DNA of 64,000 nt from Pseudomonadota bacterium. Lineage in GTDB: Bacteria > Pseudomonadota > Gammaproteobacteria > Enterobacterales > JBCCZV01. Position 1 is the stretch's first letter, and the number at the start of each line of letters is the position of its first letter. The stretch is taken from assembly GCA_039187085.1 (NCBI GenBank), contig JBCCZV010000004.1, forward strand, positions 2,492 to 66,491. The letters run 5' to 3'. Both the position numbers and the translations under genes were made by a program. Below are positions 50,362-59,882 of the stretch, piece after piece. A model generated the notes under the pieces. That model did not search any database. It was not told where the DNA came from and saw only the letters and a list, made by a program, of their open reading frames with translations.

Positions 50362-50555
50362 AAATTTTTGACATTATAGTAAAAAACTTACGGTAAGAGT
50401 GTCAGAGCAGTTAACAATGCTTTATATGTTGCTGTGATTTTTATCCAAGAATAAATCAAAATTTTAATTATGTGACATAATTACAAGCTTTTGCCATAGT
50501 TCGCCTAAAAATCATGCTTAAAATTCAAGCAAATCAATACGAGTTTGAATGTTAT

Positions 50556-51926
50556 TTATTCATTTTTAATTGGCAAGCTGAGTATGACTGATAACCCGTT
50601 TTTGTCTAGATTTTTAGCAGTAACTTTACCACCATGAATTTGTATGATCTCCGCAACCATGGCTAACCCAAGACCAAATCCATTTTTGTCACTGTGCTTG
50701 CGTACAAAAGGTAAGAAAATTGAGGATAATTGATTGGAGTCAACACCAGGACCTTCATCATTTACAATGACCATTATATTTTCATCATTATGCTGCAGTT
50801 CAATAGTCACTTGAGTGTTTTCTGGTGAATACTTTATGGCATTTCGAAGAACATTACCAATAGCTCTTGTTATCAATTGTTGATTAGCAATAACTCTGAG
50901 TTGTTGAAAACGATTAACTAATAAAAGAGGATGCTTATTTGCATCTTCATAAGTAACATCATCGATTAATTTATCAAGCAATTTCACCATATCACACTCA
51001 ACAAATTCAACAGACTTAAGTTCGTTTTCTAAACGAGAGAATTCTAGAATTTGTTGTATAAGATTTCCTAGCAAGTCCAGCTCGTTAGTGATTCTTTCAG
51101 CGCATATTGGCCAAGATTTTTCTGATTGTTCAGCAATGGCTAAAGTCACTTGCATACGAGTCAGTGGTGAACGTAGCTCATGAGATGCGTAGTTAAGAAA
51201 TTTTTTCTGTGCTTCCACAAGTTTCTCCACTTTCTCTGCCATTGTATTAAAATCTCTCGCTAACAAACCGAGTTCATCATATCGATGCCGCAGTGATTTG
51301 ATTCGCGTTTTTAAATCTCCTTTTGAAAAATTTTGGTTGGCTTCACGGAGCTTTCGAATCGGTGAAACAATAGTAAAAGTTAATATTGCACAAAGGGCAA
51401 TTGAAACCACAAAAGCAATGACAATACGCCACCAGTCAATTCTTGTATGTAAAGAGAAAAAAGAAGACTGCATGCGTTTATTGGTTTCACGCCAGAAAAA
51501 AAATTGATACTCTTTATCTTTAATCTTTACTGTTTTGGGACCAACGATTAACTCGTTAGCAGTTCGTTTTTGCATCGGAAACTCGCTCTCTCGCATTTGC
51601 ATTAACACTTCAAGCTCTAAGTTTTTTGGAACTCGACCAGTCATGTTATCTTGCATATCGATCAAAAAAGACCGATTCCTAGCGAGTTTTTGTTGCCAAC
51701 GAGAGTGGCGCTGCGCTTGTTTTTCTAGTCGATTCGACATTTTTTCCAATATTTGCGTTTGTCGAGGATCGGCAGGTACAGGAGAGGATGCTTCTAGTAT
51801 TTGGCGAAATAAAAAGGTAACAATGATTACTAGTAAAATATTAGTTAACCAAAACCAAAGAAATATTTTTGCATAAAGACTTCTAAGAGGGTTTATCGCT
51901 TGCAAACCCTTGTAAATTTTTTTCAA
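50556..51926 (-). CDS. cpxA: envelope-stress sensor histidine kinase (CpxA-like)
   Basis: 456 aa. Two TM segments flank a periplasmic domain. HAMP, HisKA (ASHELRSPLTRM) and HATPase (NDEGPGV, GFGLGLA). 4-nt overlap with the regulator gene. Context includes a divergent cpxP-like gene. Confidence 0.8.
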   Translation of the reverse strand: MKKIYKGLQAINPLRSLYAKIFLWFWLTNILLVIIVTFLFRQILEASSPVPADPRQTQILEKMSNRLEKQAQRHSRWQQKLARNRSFLIDMQDNMTGRVPKNLELEVLMQMRESEFPMQKRTANELIVGPKTVKIKDKEYQFFFWRETNKRMQSSFFSLHTRIDWWRIVIAFVVSIALCAILTFTIVSPIRKLREANQNFSKGDLKTRIKSLRHRYDELGLLARDFNTMAEKVEKLVEAQKKFLNYASHELRSPLTRMQVTLAIAEQSEKSWPICAERITNELDLLGNLIQQILEFSRLENELKSVEFVECDMVKLLDKLIDDVTYEDANKHPLLLVNRFQQLRVIANQQLITRAIGNVLRNAIKYSPENTQVTIELQHNDENIMVIVNDEGPGVDSNQLSSIFLPFVRKHSDKNGFGLGLAMVAEIIQIHGGKVTAKNLDKNGLSVILSLPIKNE

Positions 51927-52645
51927 GGGTTATTTCCCTCTGATTCGGCAAGCGCATAGCCTGCTCCTCGAACCGTTTTAATCACAAGCATTTTAGATGC
52001 TTTTTGCAATTTACGTCGAAGATTACTCATGTGCATATCTATACTACGATCATAAGTCACCAGGCGCCGCCCTAGAACAGCTTGACAAAGAGCTCTTTTA
52101 TCGACAACTTGATTCGCATTGTTAGTCAGTTCAATTAAAATCATATACTCCGTTTGAGTTAGTGGCAACGTTTTTCCAGAAATTTTCGCTTCACGCATTG
52201 AGAAGTTTAATGTCAAATCGCCAATTACAGTCTCGGTTGAAGGTATAGAGTTTGAGTAATTATTCCTTCTCACCAGCGCTTTGACTCTAGCGAGCAACTC
52301 CCTTGGATTATAAGGTTTTGGCAAATAATCATCAGCTCCCATTTCCAGGCCAAGTACTTTATCCATATCATCGCCTTTTGCAGTGAGCATTAAAACAGGC
52401 ACTAAGCTTATTTGACGTAATTGCCTCAAGACTTCAAAACCATCTAAATCTGGCATCATAACATCTAATAATACGCAATCAATAGACTCGTCAAGACATT
52501 CAAGTCCTTCTTTACCTCGCAAAGCATGAATAAACTCGAAGCCCTCGTTAGAAAAATACTCTTTTAGTAAGCTTCCCAACTCAACGTCATCATCAATAAG
52601 CAATAGCTTTTTGACTGAGTTTGCTGATTGTTCAAATGTATGCAT
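51923..52645 (-). CDS. cpxR: OmpR-family response regulator (CpxR-like)
   Basis: 240 aa. REC (LLIDDD, LLDVMMPDLDG, LTAKG, PKPY) plus a winged-helix output domain (TVRGAGYAL). Confidence 0.85.
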   Translation of the reverse strand: MHTFEQSANSVKKLLLIDDDVELGSLLKEYFSNEGFEFIHALRGKEGLECLDESIDCVLLDVMMPDLDGFEVLRQLRQISLVPVLMLTAKGDDMDKVLGLEMGADDYLPKPYNPRELLARVKALVRRNNYSNSIPSTETVIGDLTLNFSMREAKISGKTLPLTQTEYMILIELTNNANQVVDKRALCQAVLGRRLVTYDRSIDMHMSNLRRKLQKASKMLVIKTVRGAGYALAESEGNNP

Positions 52646-52689
52646 TTTAAGCCTCTAACTATATTGGCTGATGAATAGATTATTATGGC

Positions 52690-52736
52690 GTTTACCTAAA
52701 GTAGTTCAAAACAGATTTACACTCTCTTTACAGTAA
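52690..52736. promoter_or_regulatory. cluster of GTAAA/TTTAC pentamers (candidate CpxR boxes) in the cpxR-cpxP divergent region
   Basis: TTTAC at 52690, 52715 and 52726, and GTAAA at 52732 (TTTACactctcTTTACaGTAAA). The E. coli CpxR consensus is GTAAA-N5-GTAAA. The spacing here is 6, so the match is imperfect. Confidence 0.35.
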
Positions 52737-52818
52737 AAAGACGTTGCTTTTCATTTCATCTCGTATTCTTAAATTGTACTCTCATTTTGAATAACTACGA
52801 AGACGAAGGAATCTTATC

Positions 52819-53256
52819 ATGAAAAACAAATCATTATTATTGAGTATTTTTATACTTTCGACTTTTGTCGTGTCTGGAGTTTTTGCAAAACCTCACAAAG
52901 CACGAAGCAATGATATCAAACGTTTAGTTAAAAATATTTTTGTAAATCTTGATGTGACAGAGGAACAAAAGCAGGAAATCAAAAGTTTTGTTCAGTCTGC
53001 AAAAGAAAATAGAAAAAAACAACAAGCTGAGCCTGATAGTTACCACTCTCAAATGCAAGAGTTTTTGAACAACAGTAGATTTGATGAAGAAAAAGCACGT
53101 CAACTAATAACGTTCAAACAAGAAAATCGTATTACGAATCAAGTAGAGCGATTAAAACTTAAGCATTCGATTATGCAAGTTTTAACCCAACAACAAAGGG
53201 AGCATTTACAAAAGCTTAAATATCAAAGTAAATCACTTAAGGAGAGCAACAATTAA
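52819..53256 (+). CDS. cpxP: periplasmic Spy/CpxP family chaperone/adaptor
   Basis: 145 aa with signal peptide. Helical, K/Q/E-rich, two LTxxQ-type motifs (LDVTEEQKQEI, LTQQQREHLQKL). Divergent from cpxRA as in E. coli. Confidence 0.75.
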   Translation: MKNKSLLLSIFILSTFVVSGVFAKPHKARSNDIKRLVKNIFVNLDVTEEQKQEIKSFVQSAKENRKKQQAEPDSYHSQMQEFLNNSRFDEEKARQLITFKQENRITNQVERLKLKHSIMQVLTQQQREHLQKLKYQSKSLKESNN

Positions 53257-53277
53257 CGGAATGCATATTGAAATACA

Positions 53278-53301
53278 CAGTGATAAGCAAGCTTATCACT
53301 G
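53278..53301. terminator. strong hairpin between convergent cpxP and holin-like genes
   Basis: cagtgataag-caag-cttatcactg, a perfect 10-bp stem with a 4-nt loop. It abuts the stop of the minus-strand gene. Flanks are only moderately U-rich. Confidence 0.5.
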
Positions 53302-53637
53302 CTAAAATAACCAAGAAATCAAACTGTTAAGTATAGATAATAAAATACTTCCCAATAACGCGCTTAAAAAACCACGAATCTCAACGCCGTCAACGAGTTT
53401 TGCACAAACATAAAAGCAAAATGCATTAATAACCAATAAGAATAAACCTAAAGTGATAATAGTTATTGGAATTGTTAGAAATATAAGCACAGGTTTAATA
53501 ATGGCATTTGCAAGTCCTAAAACTAAGGCCAGAATTATAGCGCTTTTCAAGTTCTTTATGTCAATGCCCTTTAAAATATCTGCAACGACGAGTAACAAAA
53601 AAGAGCTGACAATAATATGAACAATGAATTCGAACAA
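53302..53637 (-). CDS. phage holin family IV / DUF360-type small membrane protein
   Basis: 111 aa with 4 TM segments. The pattern ...LANAIIKPVLIFLTIPITIITLGLFLLVINA... is typical of the YvlD/holin_4_2 family. Confidence 0.7.
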   Translation of the reverse strand: MFEFIVHIIVSSFLLLVVADILKGIDIKNLKSAIILALVLGLANAIIKPVLIFLTIPITIITLGLFLLVINAFCFYVCAKLVDGVEIRGFLSALLGSILLSILNSLISWLF

Positions 53638-53909
53638 AATTTCCCCCTAACTCGCTTAATTACTAATATCATATCAACATACTTGAGTCTTCCATAAGGA
53701 TAAAAAACTAACAAGTTAGTAAGTGTTACTTGATATTGCTTTAAATGAATCTATTTATTCGTCCGAAAATCTCTTTTTTTGAGTTAGCTTTGGGGTTTCT
53801 AATATGGCGAAAAAATTGTAACAAAAATGTGATTTGTTTGACATTATCTGGTTTTTCAGGCAACGTGAAGAAGTTGTTTTCAAACATCTTTATTAGAATA
53901 GTAAATACT

Positions 53910-54392
53910 ATGAAACTCCTATTGATTACCCTGATTTTACTTCCTTTTATTGAAATTGCTGTTGCTATTCAGGTTGGCGGCTCTATTGGTGCGTTAAATA
54001 CAATATTGCTTATGATAGTATCCGCGATATTAGGTATTTATTTTGTTAGGCAACAAGGCATTCAAACTTTAACGAACTTCCAGAGAAATGCCCAGTTGGG
54101 ACGACTTGAGCTTGGCTCTCTTCTATCTGGAGTTCTATTAGCTATAGCAGGCTTAGCACTCATTATACCAGGATTCATCACTGATGGTTTTGGTTTGTTG
54201 TTACTTTTTCCTCCTATTCGTAAAATTATCCTATTACTCTTTGTAAGATTTTCAGCGAACAACTTACACTTTCGCTCAGCAAACTCACAAAATGCTAACA
54301 GCTTTAATACTGTAGAAGGCCATTACGAGGATATTACCGAAAGTAAAAGCAAAGCTCATCTAAGCAACTCAGAAAAAGTAGACAAAAGTTAA
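53910..54392 (+). CDS. fxsA: FxsA family membrane protein
   Basis: ORF starts at 53745. The likely start is ATG 53910 (MKLLLITLILLPFIEIAVAIQVGGSIG...), the typical FxsA N-terminus. PGFITDGFGLLLLFPPIR motif. Confidence 0.8.
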   Translation: MKLLLITLILLPFIEIAVAIQVGGSIGALNTILLMIVSAILGIYFVRQQGIQTLTNFQRNAQLGRLELGSLLSGVLLAIAGLALIIPGFITDGFGLLLLFPPIRKIILLLFVRFSANNLHFRSANSQNANSFNTVEGHYEDITESKSKAHLSNSEKVDKS

Positions 54393-54399
54393 GGTAAAA

Positions 54400-55476
54400 T
54401 TACCGAAAAGAATCATTGATTTCCTCTAAAACTTTCATCCCAGGACATAATTCAGATTGAGATAGACTGTTCAGTGGCTCTTCCGAGGTACCTATCATGG
54501 AATGAGTATCCTGACTCTGTGAATCATGGAAAAGCAGACCTGTTAATATTTCTCCTTTGTTTTTGCTATTCTCAACCGCTGTTATTGCAGCAATACGGTC
54601 AGTTACATCATGCTCTCTATTCAATTTTGTCAGTTTGATAATAGAACCATCGTGTAAGGGAATTTCTTCGCTATGCCCTGGCTTATAGTAAGCCGTAATA
54701 GCTTCTTTTTCGTCAATAAAATCCACCGCATTGAGTGCTTCATTATGCGCCCTCACAAAATCATAGCTTTTGGTTGACTGCCCCGTGTTATTAAATGTCA
54801 CACAAGGTGATATCGCGTCTATAAGTGCGAAACCATGATGAGCTATTGCAGCTTTAATAAGCGGAATAAGTTGCGCTTTATCACCCGAAAAACTACGAGC
54901 AACAAATGAGGCTCCCAGTTGCAAAGCCGTCGAGACTAAATCAATGGGTTCGTAGAGGTTAGGCTGGCCTTTATTACTGGTTGAACCCACATCAGATGTG
55001 GCAGAATCTTGGCCTTTCGTTAAGCCATAACATCCATTATTCATCACAATATAGACCATATTTAAATTTTTACGCACAACATGTGCAAACTGCCCTATAC
55101 CAATAGAAGCTGAATCTCCGTCTCCGGATACAGCAATATAGATCAATTCGCGGTTTGCCATATTGGCACCCGTAGTTACACTTGGCATTCGACCATGAAC
55201 AGTATTAAAGCCACTGGAATTTCTAAGAAAATAAGCTGGGGATTTTGAAGAACAGCCGATTCCTGACATTTTTGCAACTTTATGAGGCTCTACATTACTT
55301 TCAAAGCAGGCTTGTACTATTGCGCTGTTCACTGAGTCATGACCACACCCAGCGCAAAGCGTCGATAATCCCCCTTCATATTCAGCCCTTGTGTAGCCTA
55401 AATCATTTTTAGGTCGCTCAGGATGTCGAAAAATAGGTCTTATATAAGTCATAACTGTTCCTAATCTATTAGTCAT
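54400..55476 (-). CDS. korB: 2-oxoacid:ferredoxin/acceptor oxidoreductase beta subunit (TPP-binding)
   Basis: 358 aa. CAGCGH Cys motif and the TPP motif GDGDSASIG...NN. Confidence 0.85.
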   Translation of the reverse strand: MTNRLGTVMTYIRPIFRHPERPKNDLGYTRAEYEGGLSTLCAGCGHDSVNSAIVQACFESNVEPHKVAKMSGIGCSSKSPAYFLRNSSGFNTVHGRMPSVTTGANMANRELIYIAVSGDGDSASIGIGQFAHVVRKNLNMVYIVMNNGCYGLTKGQDSATSDVGSTSNKGQPNLYEPIDLVSTALQLGASFVARSFSGDKAQLIPLIKAAIAHHGFALIDAISPCVTFNNTGQSTKSYDFVRAHNEALNAVDFIDEKEAITAYYKPGHSEEIPLHDGSIIKLTKLNREHDVTDRIAAITAVENSKNKGEILTGLLFHDSQSQDTHSMIGTSEEPLNSLSQSELCPGMKVLEEINDSFR

Positions 55477-57313
55477 TAGCCGAGGAATGAAGTGATATCA
55501 GTTTATCAGACGGTATAATTTCTTTGTGAATAGCATTGACAATATGTTTAGCAGTTATAGGCTGTCCATCATAGTTTAAAACAGATATTAATTTATTAGC
55601 TTCCAAATTACATTCATTACATAAAAGTGTTTTCATTTGTGCATCACGATTTTGCTCAATGATGAAAACACTTGTATGTTGATGAATAAAATCATCAATC
55701 GATTGAGAAAATGGAAAGCTTACAATTCTCAATGCATCGATAGTAAATCCTTTATTTGCAAGCTCTTTGAATGCTTCCAAAGAAGCATCAGTTGAAGTTC
55801 CAAAGAAAATTGTGCCATAATTAGATTGATTTTTATTTTGATAAAATTCAGGGACTGGAACCATAGATTTAGCTGTTTCAAATTTTCGAATTAGCCTATC
55901 CATGTTATCAACATAAGCTTCGCTGCTCTCTGTGTAAACGGCAAAAACATCTTTAGAAGAACCTCGCATTACTGCTGCACCTTTATCTGGATGTACACCC
56001 GGAATAGTTCGATAGGGTATACCATCACCGTCGACATCTTCATAACGTCCCCATTTATCCATAGCATCAAGTTCTTGTGCAGACAGCACTTTACCTCTTT
56101 TATATGCTCTGGATTTTTCCCATACAAAAGGCTCTGATATATGATCGTTCATACCTAAATCTAAATCACTCAGTATAATAACGGGAGTTTGTAACTCCTC
56201 AGCTAAATCAAAAGCCTGAGCCGCAAGTTCAAAACATTCTTTAGGTGTTGATGGGAACAAAAGCACATGTTTAGTATCACCATGTGAAGCATAAGCTGCA
56301 TTTAGAATGTCAGATTGCTGAGTACGAGTTGGCATGCCAGTAGATGGACCAGCACGTTGTACATCGACTAATACAGCGGGTATTTCAGAAAAATAAGCAA
56401 GACCTAAAAATTCATTCATCAATGATAAGCCAGGACCTGATGTTGCGGTAAAAGCTCGAGCACCATTCCAACATGCACCAATCACCATACCAATAGCAGA
56501 TAGCTCGTCTTCTGCTTGTAAAATAGCGAAGTTATTGAGATCTGTTTTTTCATTAACACGAAGTTGAATGCAATATTTTTCAAAAGCTTCTATAACAGAA
56601 GTTGATGGTGTGATGGGATACCAACCAGCAACAGTAGCTCCAGCATATACACACCCTAATGCTGTGGCAGTATTGCCATCAATCATAATTTTGTTTGTAA
56701 CTTTATCAACACCTGCGACTTGTATACTAAAAGGGCAAGAAAAATTATTCACAGCATACTCGAAACCTAATTTAAGCGCATGGATATTGGGAGCAATTAA
56801 TTTTTCTTTACCCTGAAATTGTTGTTTTACAAGCTCTTCTAAAACAGAAAAATCAATAGAGAGTAACGCAGATAACGCACCCACATAGATAATATTCTTA
56901 AATAATTGTCGCTGCCTTGGATCAGAATATTCTTTAATACAAATATTAGTCAATGGTAAACCAATGACATGAATGTCATTACGAGTGAAGGTTATTGGCA
57001 AATTTTTACTTGAATCAAAAATAAAATAACCACCAGGTAATACATCATGATAATCCTTTGCCATACTTTGAGGATTAACACTGACAGAAATATCAATACC
57101 ACCACGTCGTCCTAAAAAGCCTTTTTCACTGACTCGAACTTCGTACCATGTTGGAAGACCTTGAATATTTGAAGGGAAGATATTTTTGGGACTGACAGGT
57201 ATACCCATTCGAAAAATAGCTTTAGCGAATAGATGATTAGCACTTGCTGAACCTGTACCATTCACATTTGCAAAGCGTATTACAAATTCATTTACCGCTT
57301 CTATTTTTTGCAT
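55469..57313 (-). CDS. korA: 2-oxoacid:ferredoxin/acceptor oxidoreductase alpha subunit
   Basis: ORF runs to 57376. The likely start is ATG 57313 (MQKIEAVNEFVIRFANVNGTGS...), which overlaps the upstream stop as TAATG. About 614 aa fused gamma+alpha type as in two-subunit KOR enzymes. Confidence 0.85.
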   Translation of the reverse strand: MQKIEAVNEFVIRFANVNGTGSASANHLFAKAIFRMGIPVSPKNIFPSNIQGLPTWYEVRVSEKGFLGRRGGIDISVSVNPQSMAKDYHDVLPGGYFIFDSSKNLPITFTRNDIHVIGLPLTNICIKEYSDPRQRQLFKNIIYVGALSALLSIDFSVLEELVKQQFQGKEKLIAPNIHALKLGFEYAVNNFSCPFSIQVAGVDKVTNKIMIDGNTATALGCVYAGATVAGWYPITPSTSVIEAFEKYCIQLRVNEKTDLNNFAILQAEDELSAIGMVIGACWNGARAFTATSGPGLSLMNEFLGLAYFSEIPAVLVDVQRAGPSTGMPTRTQQSDILNAAYASHGDTKHVLLFPSTPKECFELAAQAFDLAEELQTPVIILSDLDLGMNDHISEPFVWEKSRAYKRGKVLSAQELDAMDKWGRYEDVDGDGIPYRTIPGVHPDKGAAVMRGSSKDVFAVYTESSEAYVDNMDRLIRKFETAKSMVPVPEFYQNKNQSNYGTIFFGTSTDASLEAFKELANKGFTIDALRIVSFPFSQSIDDFIHQHTSVFIIEQNRDAQMKTLLCNECNLEANKLISVLNYDGQPITAKHIVNAIHKEIIPSDKLISLHSSAND

Positions 57314-59097
57314 TAACAGCCTGCCTTTGCTTCTTTGTACAAATATTTTTGCATATCCCAAGCGGCTGTTGGGCATCGCTCAGCACATAAACCACAATGT
57401 AAACAAACATTTTCGTCTTTAACTAGAACTCTTTTGGTCTTCAAGTTATTGCTAACATATAAATCTTGCTCCAGATGATTTGCTGGAGCATTTAGTTTTT
57501 TTCGCAGTTCAGATTCTTCATCATTTTCAATAAAAGTGATGCAATCTGTCGGACAAACATCTGTGCAGGCATCGCACTCAATACATTTTTTTTCGTTAAA
57601 AATGGTTTGGATATCACAGTTTAAGCATCTTTGCGCTTCTTTATAGCCATCATCTTCATTGAAGCCAATTTCGACTTCTAAAAAGCGGTCATTAAGTGTT
57701 TTGCTTTTATCTCGATGTGGAACATGATGTCTAAGATCATTTGTAACGTCATTGGCATATATCCATTCATGAACCCCCATTTTTTGAGCAAATAAGTTTG
57801 TTTCTGGAGCAGGGCGTTGATTCTGTATATTTTTGCCATGACAAAATAAATCGATTGATATTGCTGCCTGATGACCATGTGCAACCGCAGTAATCACATT
57901 TTTAGGACCAAATGCTGCATCACCACCAAAGAAAACTTTTTCAAGAGAAGATTGAAAAGTTTGCCGATCAACTATAGGGTTACCCCACTCATCAAAAGCC
58001 ATTCCAATATCTTTTTCAATCCATGGAAACGCATTTTCTTGACCAATAGCAATGATGACATCGTCGCATTCAATAACAACTAGAGCTTCACCCGTAGGTT
58101 CTAAATAACGCTGTCCTTTCTCATTGTAGAGAGCTTTAACTTTTTCGAAGGCCATACCCGTCAATTTACCATTCTTTACAATGAAAGACTGGGGAACATG
58201 GTTATCAATAATAGGAATGTCTTCCATCTCAGCATCTGCTATTTCCCAAGAAGAGGCTTTCATTTCTGTACGGGGGCTTCTCACAACAACAGTGACATTT
58301 TGTCCCCCTAAACGTCTTGCAGTGCGACAACAATCCATCGCTGTATTCCCACCGCCTAAAACAATCACACGTTTCCCAATACTTTGTGTATGTTCAAAGG
58401 CGACATTAGCTAACCATTGAATACCAATGTGAATATTATTATTGGTATCATTTCTACCAGGCAAGCTTTTTAAATCTTTGCCTTGTGGTGCTCCTGTACC
58501 CACAAATACAGCATCGTAATTTTGAGTCAAAATGGCTTTCAAACTATCAACGTAAGTATTAAAAGTCGTCACAACACCCGAATTGAGTATGTATCCAACT
58601 TCCTGATCCAAAACGCTTTCTGGAAGTCGAAAACTCGGTATTTGACTTCGCATAAAACCGCCAGCTTTGGAATGCTCATCATACAAATCGATGGTATAAC
58701 CCAATGGCATTAAATCGCGAGCAACGGTGAGGGAAGCAGGTCCTGCACCTATCACCGCAATGCGTTTACCATTTTTTTCGGAAGGGATTTTGGGCAATCT
58801 CTGCAAAACTTCATTATCATCTTTGTTATCAGCAGCAACACGTTTTAATCGGCATATAGCAACAGGTTCTTTTTCAACACGACCTCGACGACATGCTGGC
58901 TCACATGGTCGGTCGCAAGTTCTTCCCAATACACCAGGGAAAACATTGGACTCTAGATTAATAATATAAGCTTCTGTGTACTTACCCTCAGCAATCAAAC
59001 GTATGTATTCTGGGACTGGCGTGTGTGCAGGGCAAGCATACTGGCAATCAACAACTTTATGGAAATATTGTGGTTCTGAAGTATTGGTTGGCTTCAT
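57313..59097 (-). CDS. GltD-like NAD(P)H-dependent FAD oxidoreductase fused to a 2x[4Fe-4S] ferredoxin domain
   Basis: 594 aa. N-terminal Cys cluster (CQYACPAHTP...CDRPCEPACRR). Two Rossmann motifs (VIGAGPASL, VLGGGNTAMDC) as in the glutamate synthase small subunit. C-terminal CIECDACTDVCP and CLHCGLCAERCP. Confidence 0.8.
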   Translation of the reverse strand: MKPTNTSEPQYFHKVVDCQYACPAHTPVPEYIRLIAEGKYTEAYIINLESNVFPGVLGRTCDRPCEPACRRGRVEKEPVAICRLKRVAADNKDDNEVLQRLPKIPSEKNGKRIAVIGAGPASLTVARDLMPLGYTIDLYDEHSKAGGFMRSQIPSFRLPESVLDQEVGYILNSGVVTTFNTYVDSLKAILTQNYDAVFVGTGAPQGKDLKSLPGRNDTNNNIHIGIQWLANVAFEHTQSIGKRVIVLGGGNTAMDCCRTARRLGGQNVTVVVRSPRTEMKASSWEIADAEMEDIPIIDNHVPQSFIVKNGKLTGMAFEKVKALYNEKGQRYLEPTGEALVVIECDDVIIAIGQENAFPWIEKDIGMAFDEWGNPIVDRQTFQSSLEKVFFGGDAAFGPKNVITAVAHGHQAAISIDLFCHGKNIQNQRPAPETNLFAQKMGVHEWIYANDVTNDLRHHVPHRDKSKTLNDRFLEVEIGFNEDDGYKEAQRCLNCDIQTIFNEKKCIECDACTDVCPTDCITFIENDEESELRKKLNAPANHLEQDLYVSNNLKTKRVLVKDENVCLHCGLCAERCPTAAWDMQKYLYKEAKAGC

Positions 59098-59871
59098 AGC
59101 TGTAAAGTTTCACTTAAGTGTATGAAAGATAATAACGCTCATATAAATATGCTTACATATCAGCTTTTTTAAGACATGCAATTATTTTAAGCTTTTAAAA
59201 AACTTTCTTGCAAACAAGCTACAATCGTTATGCAATTTAATAGTAATGTTAATGAGAGAAATAAGTAAAGATGCGAGATCTCATTGCGAGAATTATTTAA
59301 TAAAAAAGATTTTTTCAGATTTTGTTAGATAACAAATTAATAATAGTAAAGCGCAAGCTTATTAATAAAGGCGTGAACCCTTCATATTAGATGCAAACAT
59401 TTGAACTTTAGTGTCTATATTTTTTTAAAGTCTATGCTTTTAATTCAATTAAAGTAAAAAAGCTCAACTGTCTCATTACGTTTATTTTGTTGTTTTAAAA
59501 ATTTTTCATCACACGAATATTGTGTTGCGGGCGCACAACCCATGGAGTTTTTTTTACCTAAAAATTATTTTTACAAGAGCTTAGCAAGATACTTAGTTTG
59601 AACTTTTCTAGTTTCAGCATTTAAGTTGAATGTTTTAATTTCCTATTCAAAATTTTCGTAAATTTTTAAATTAAACTGTTGATTTTCAGCACTTAATACT
59701 GATTAGAACAAACCATTTATCTGAGCAAGTGTTAAGATATTAACAATAGAATATACGAGGTAATTCTATTTGCCTGATGGCCCAACCAATGAATTTGTCA
59801 CCATGGTAAGAACTTTAAAGATTAATCTCATCGTAAAAGATAAAAGACTCGTAAATATTTATTGAAAATTA

Positions 59872-59882
59872 TGGTCTGACCA
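59872..59882. promoter_or_regulatory. FadR-type operator palindrome upstream of the acyl-CoA dehydrogenase gene
   Basis: TGGTCtGACCA is a perfect palindrome matching the core of the E. coli FadR box (CTGGTCCGACCTG). It lies 45 nt upstream of the ATG at 59927. Confidence 0.5.

Noticed and set aside
59531-59565. GC-rich patch ttgtgttgcgggcgcacaaccc + ggagtttttttt inside the 829-bp spacer, considered as a terminator or sRNA 3' end
   Set aside because: The best stem I can draw is only 5-6 bp (TTGTG/CACAA) with a G/C loop, and the U-run is separated from it by about 8 nt. This is not convincing by eye. It is left as part of the spacer finding.
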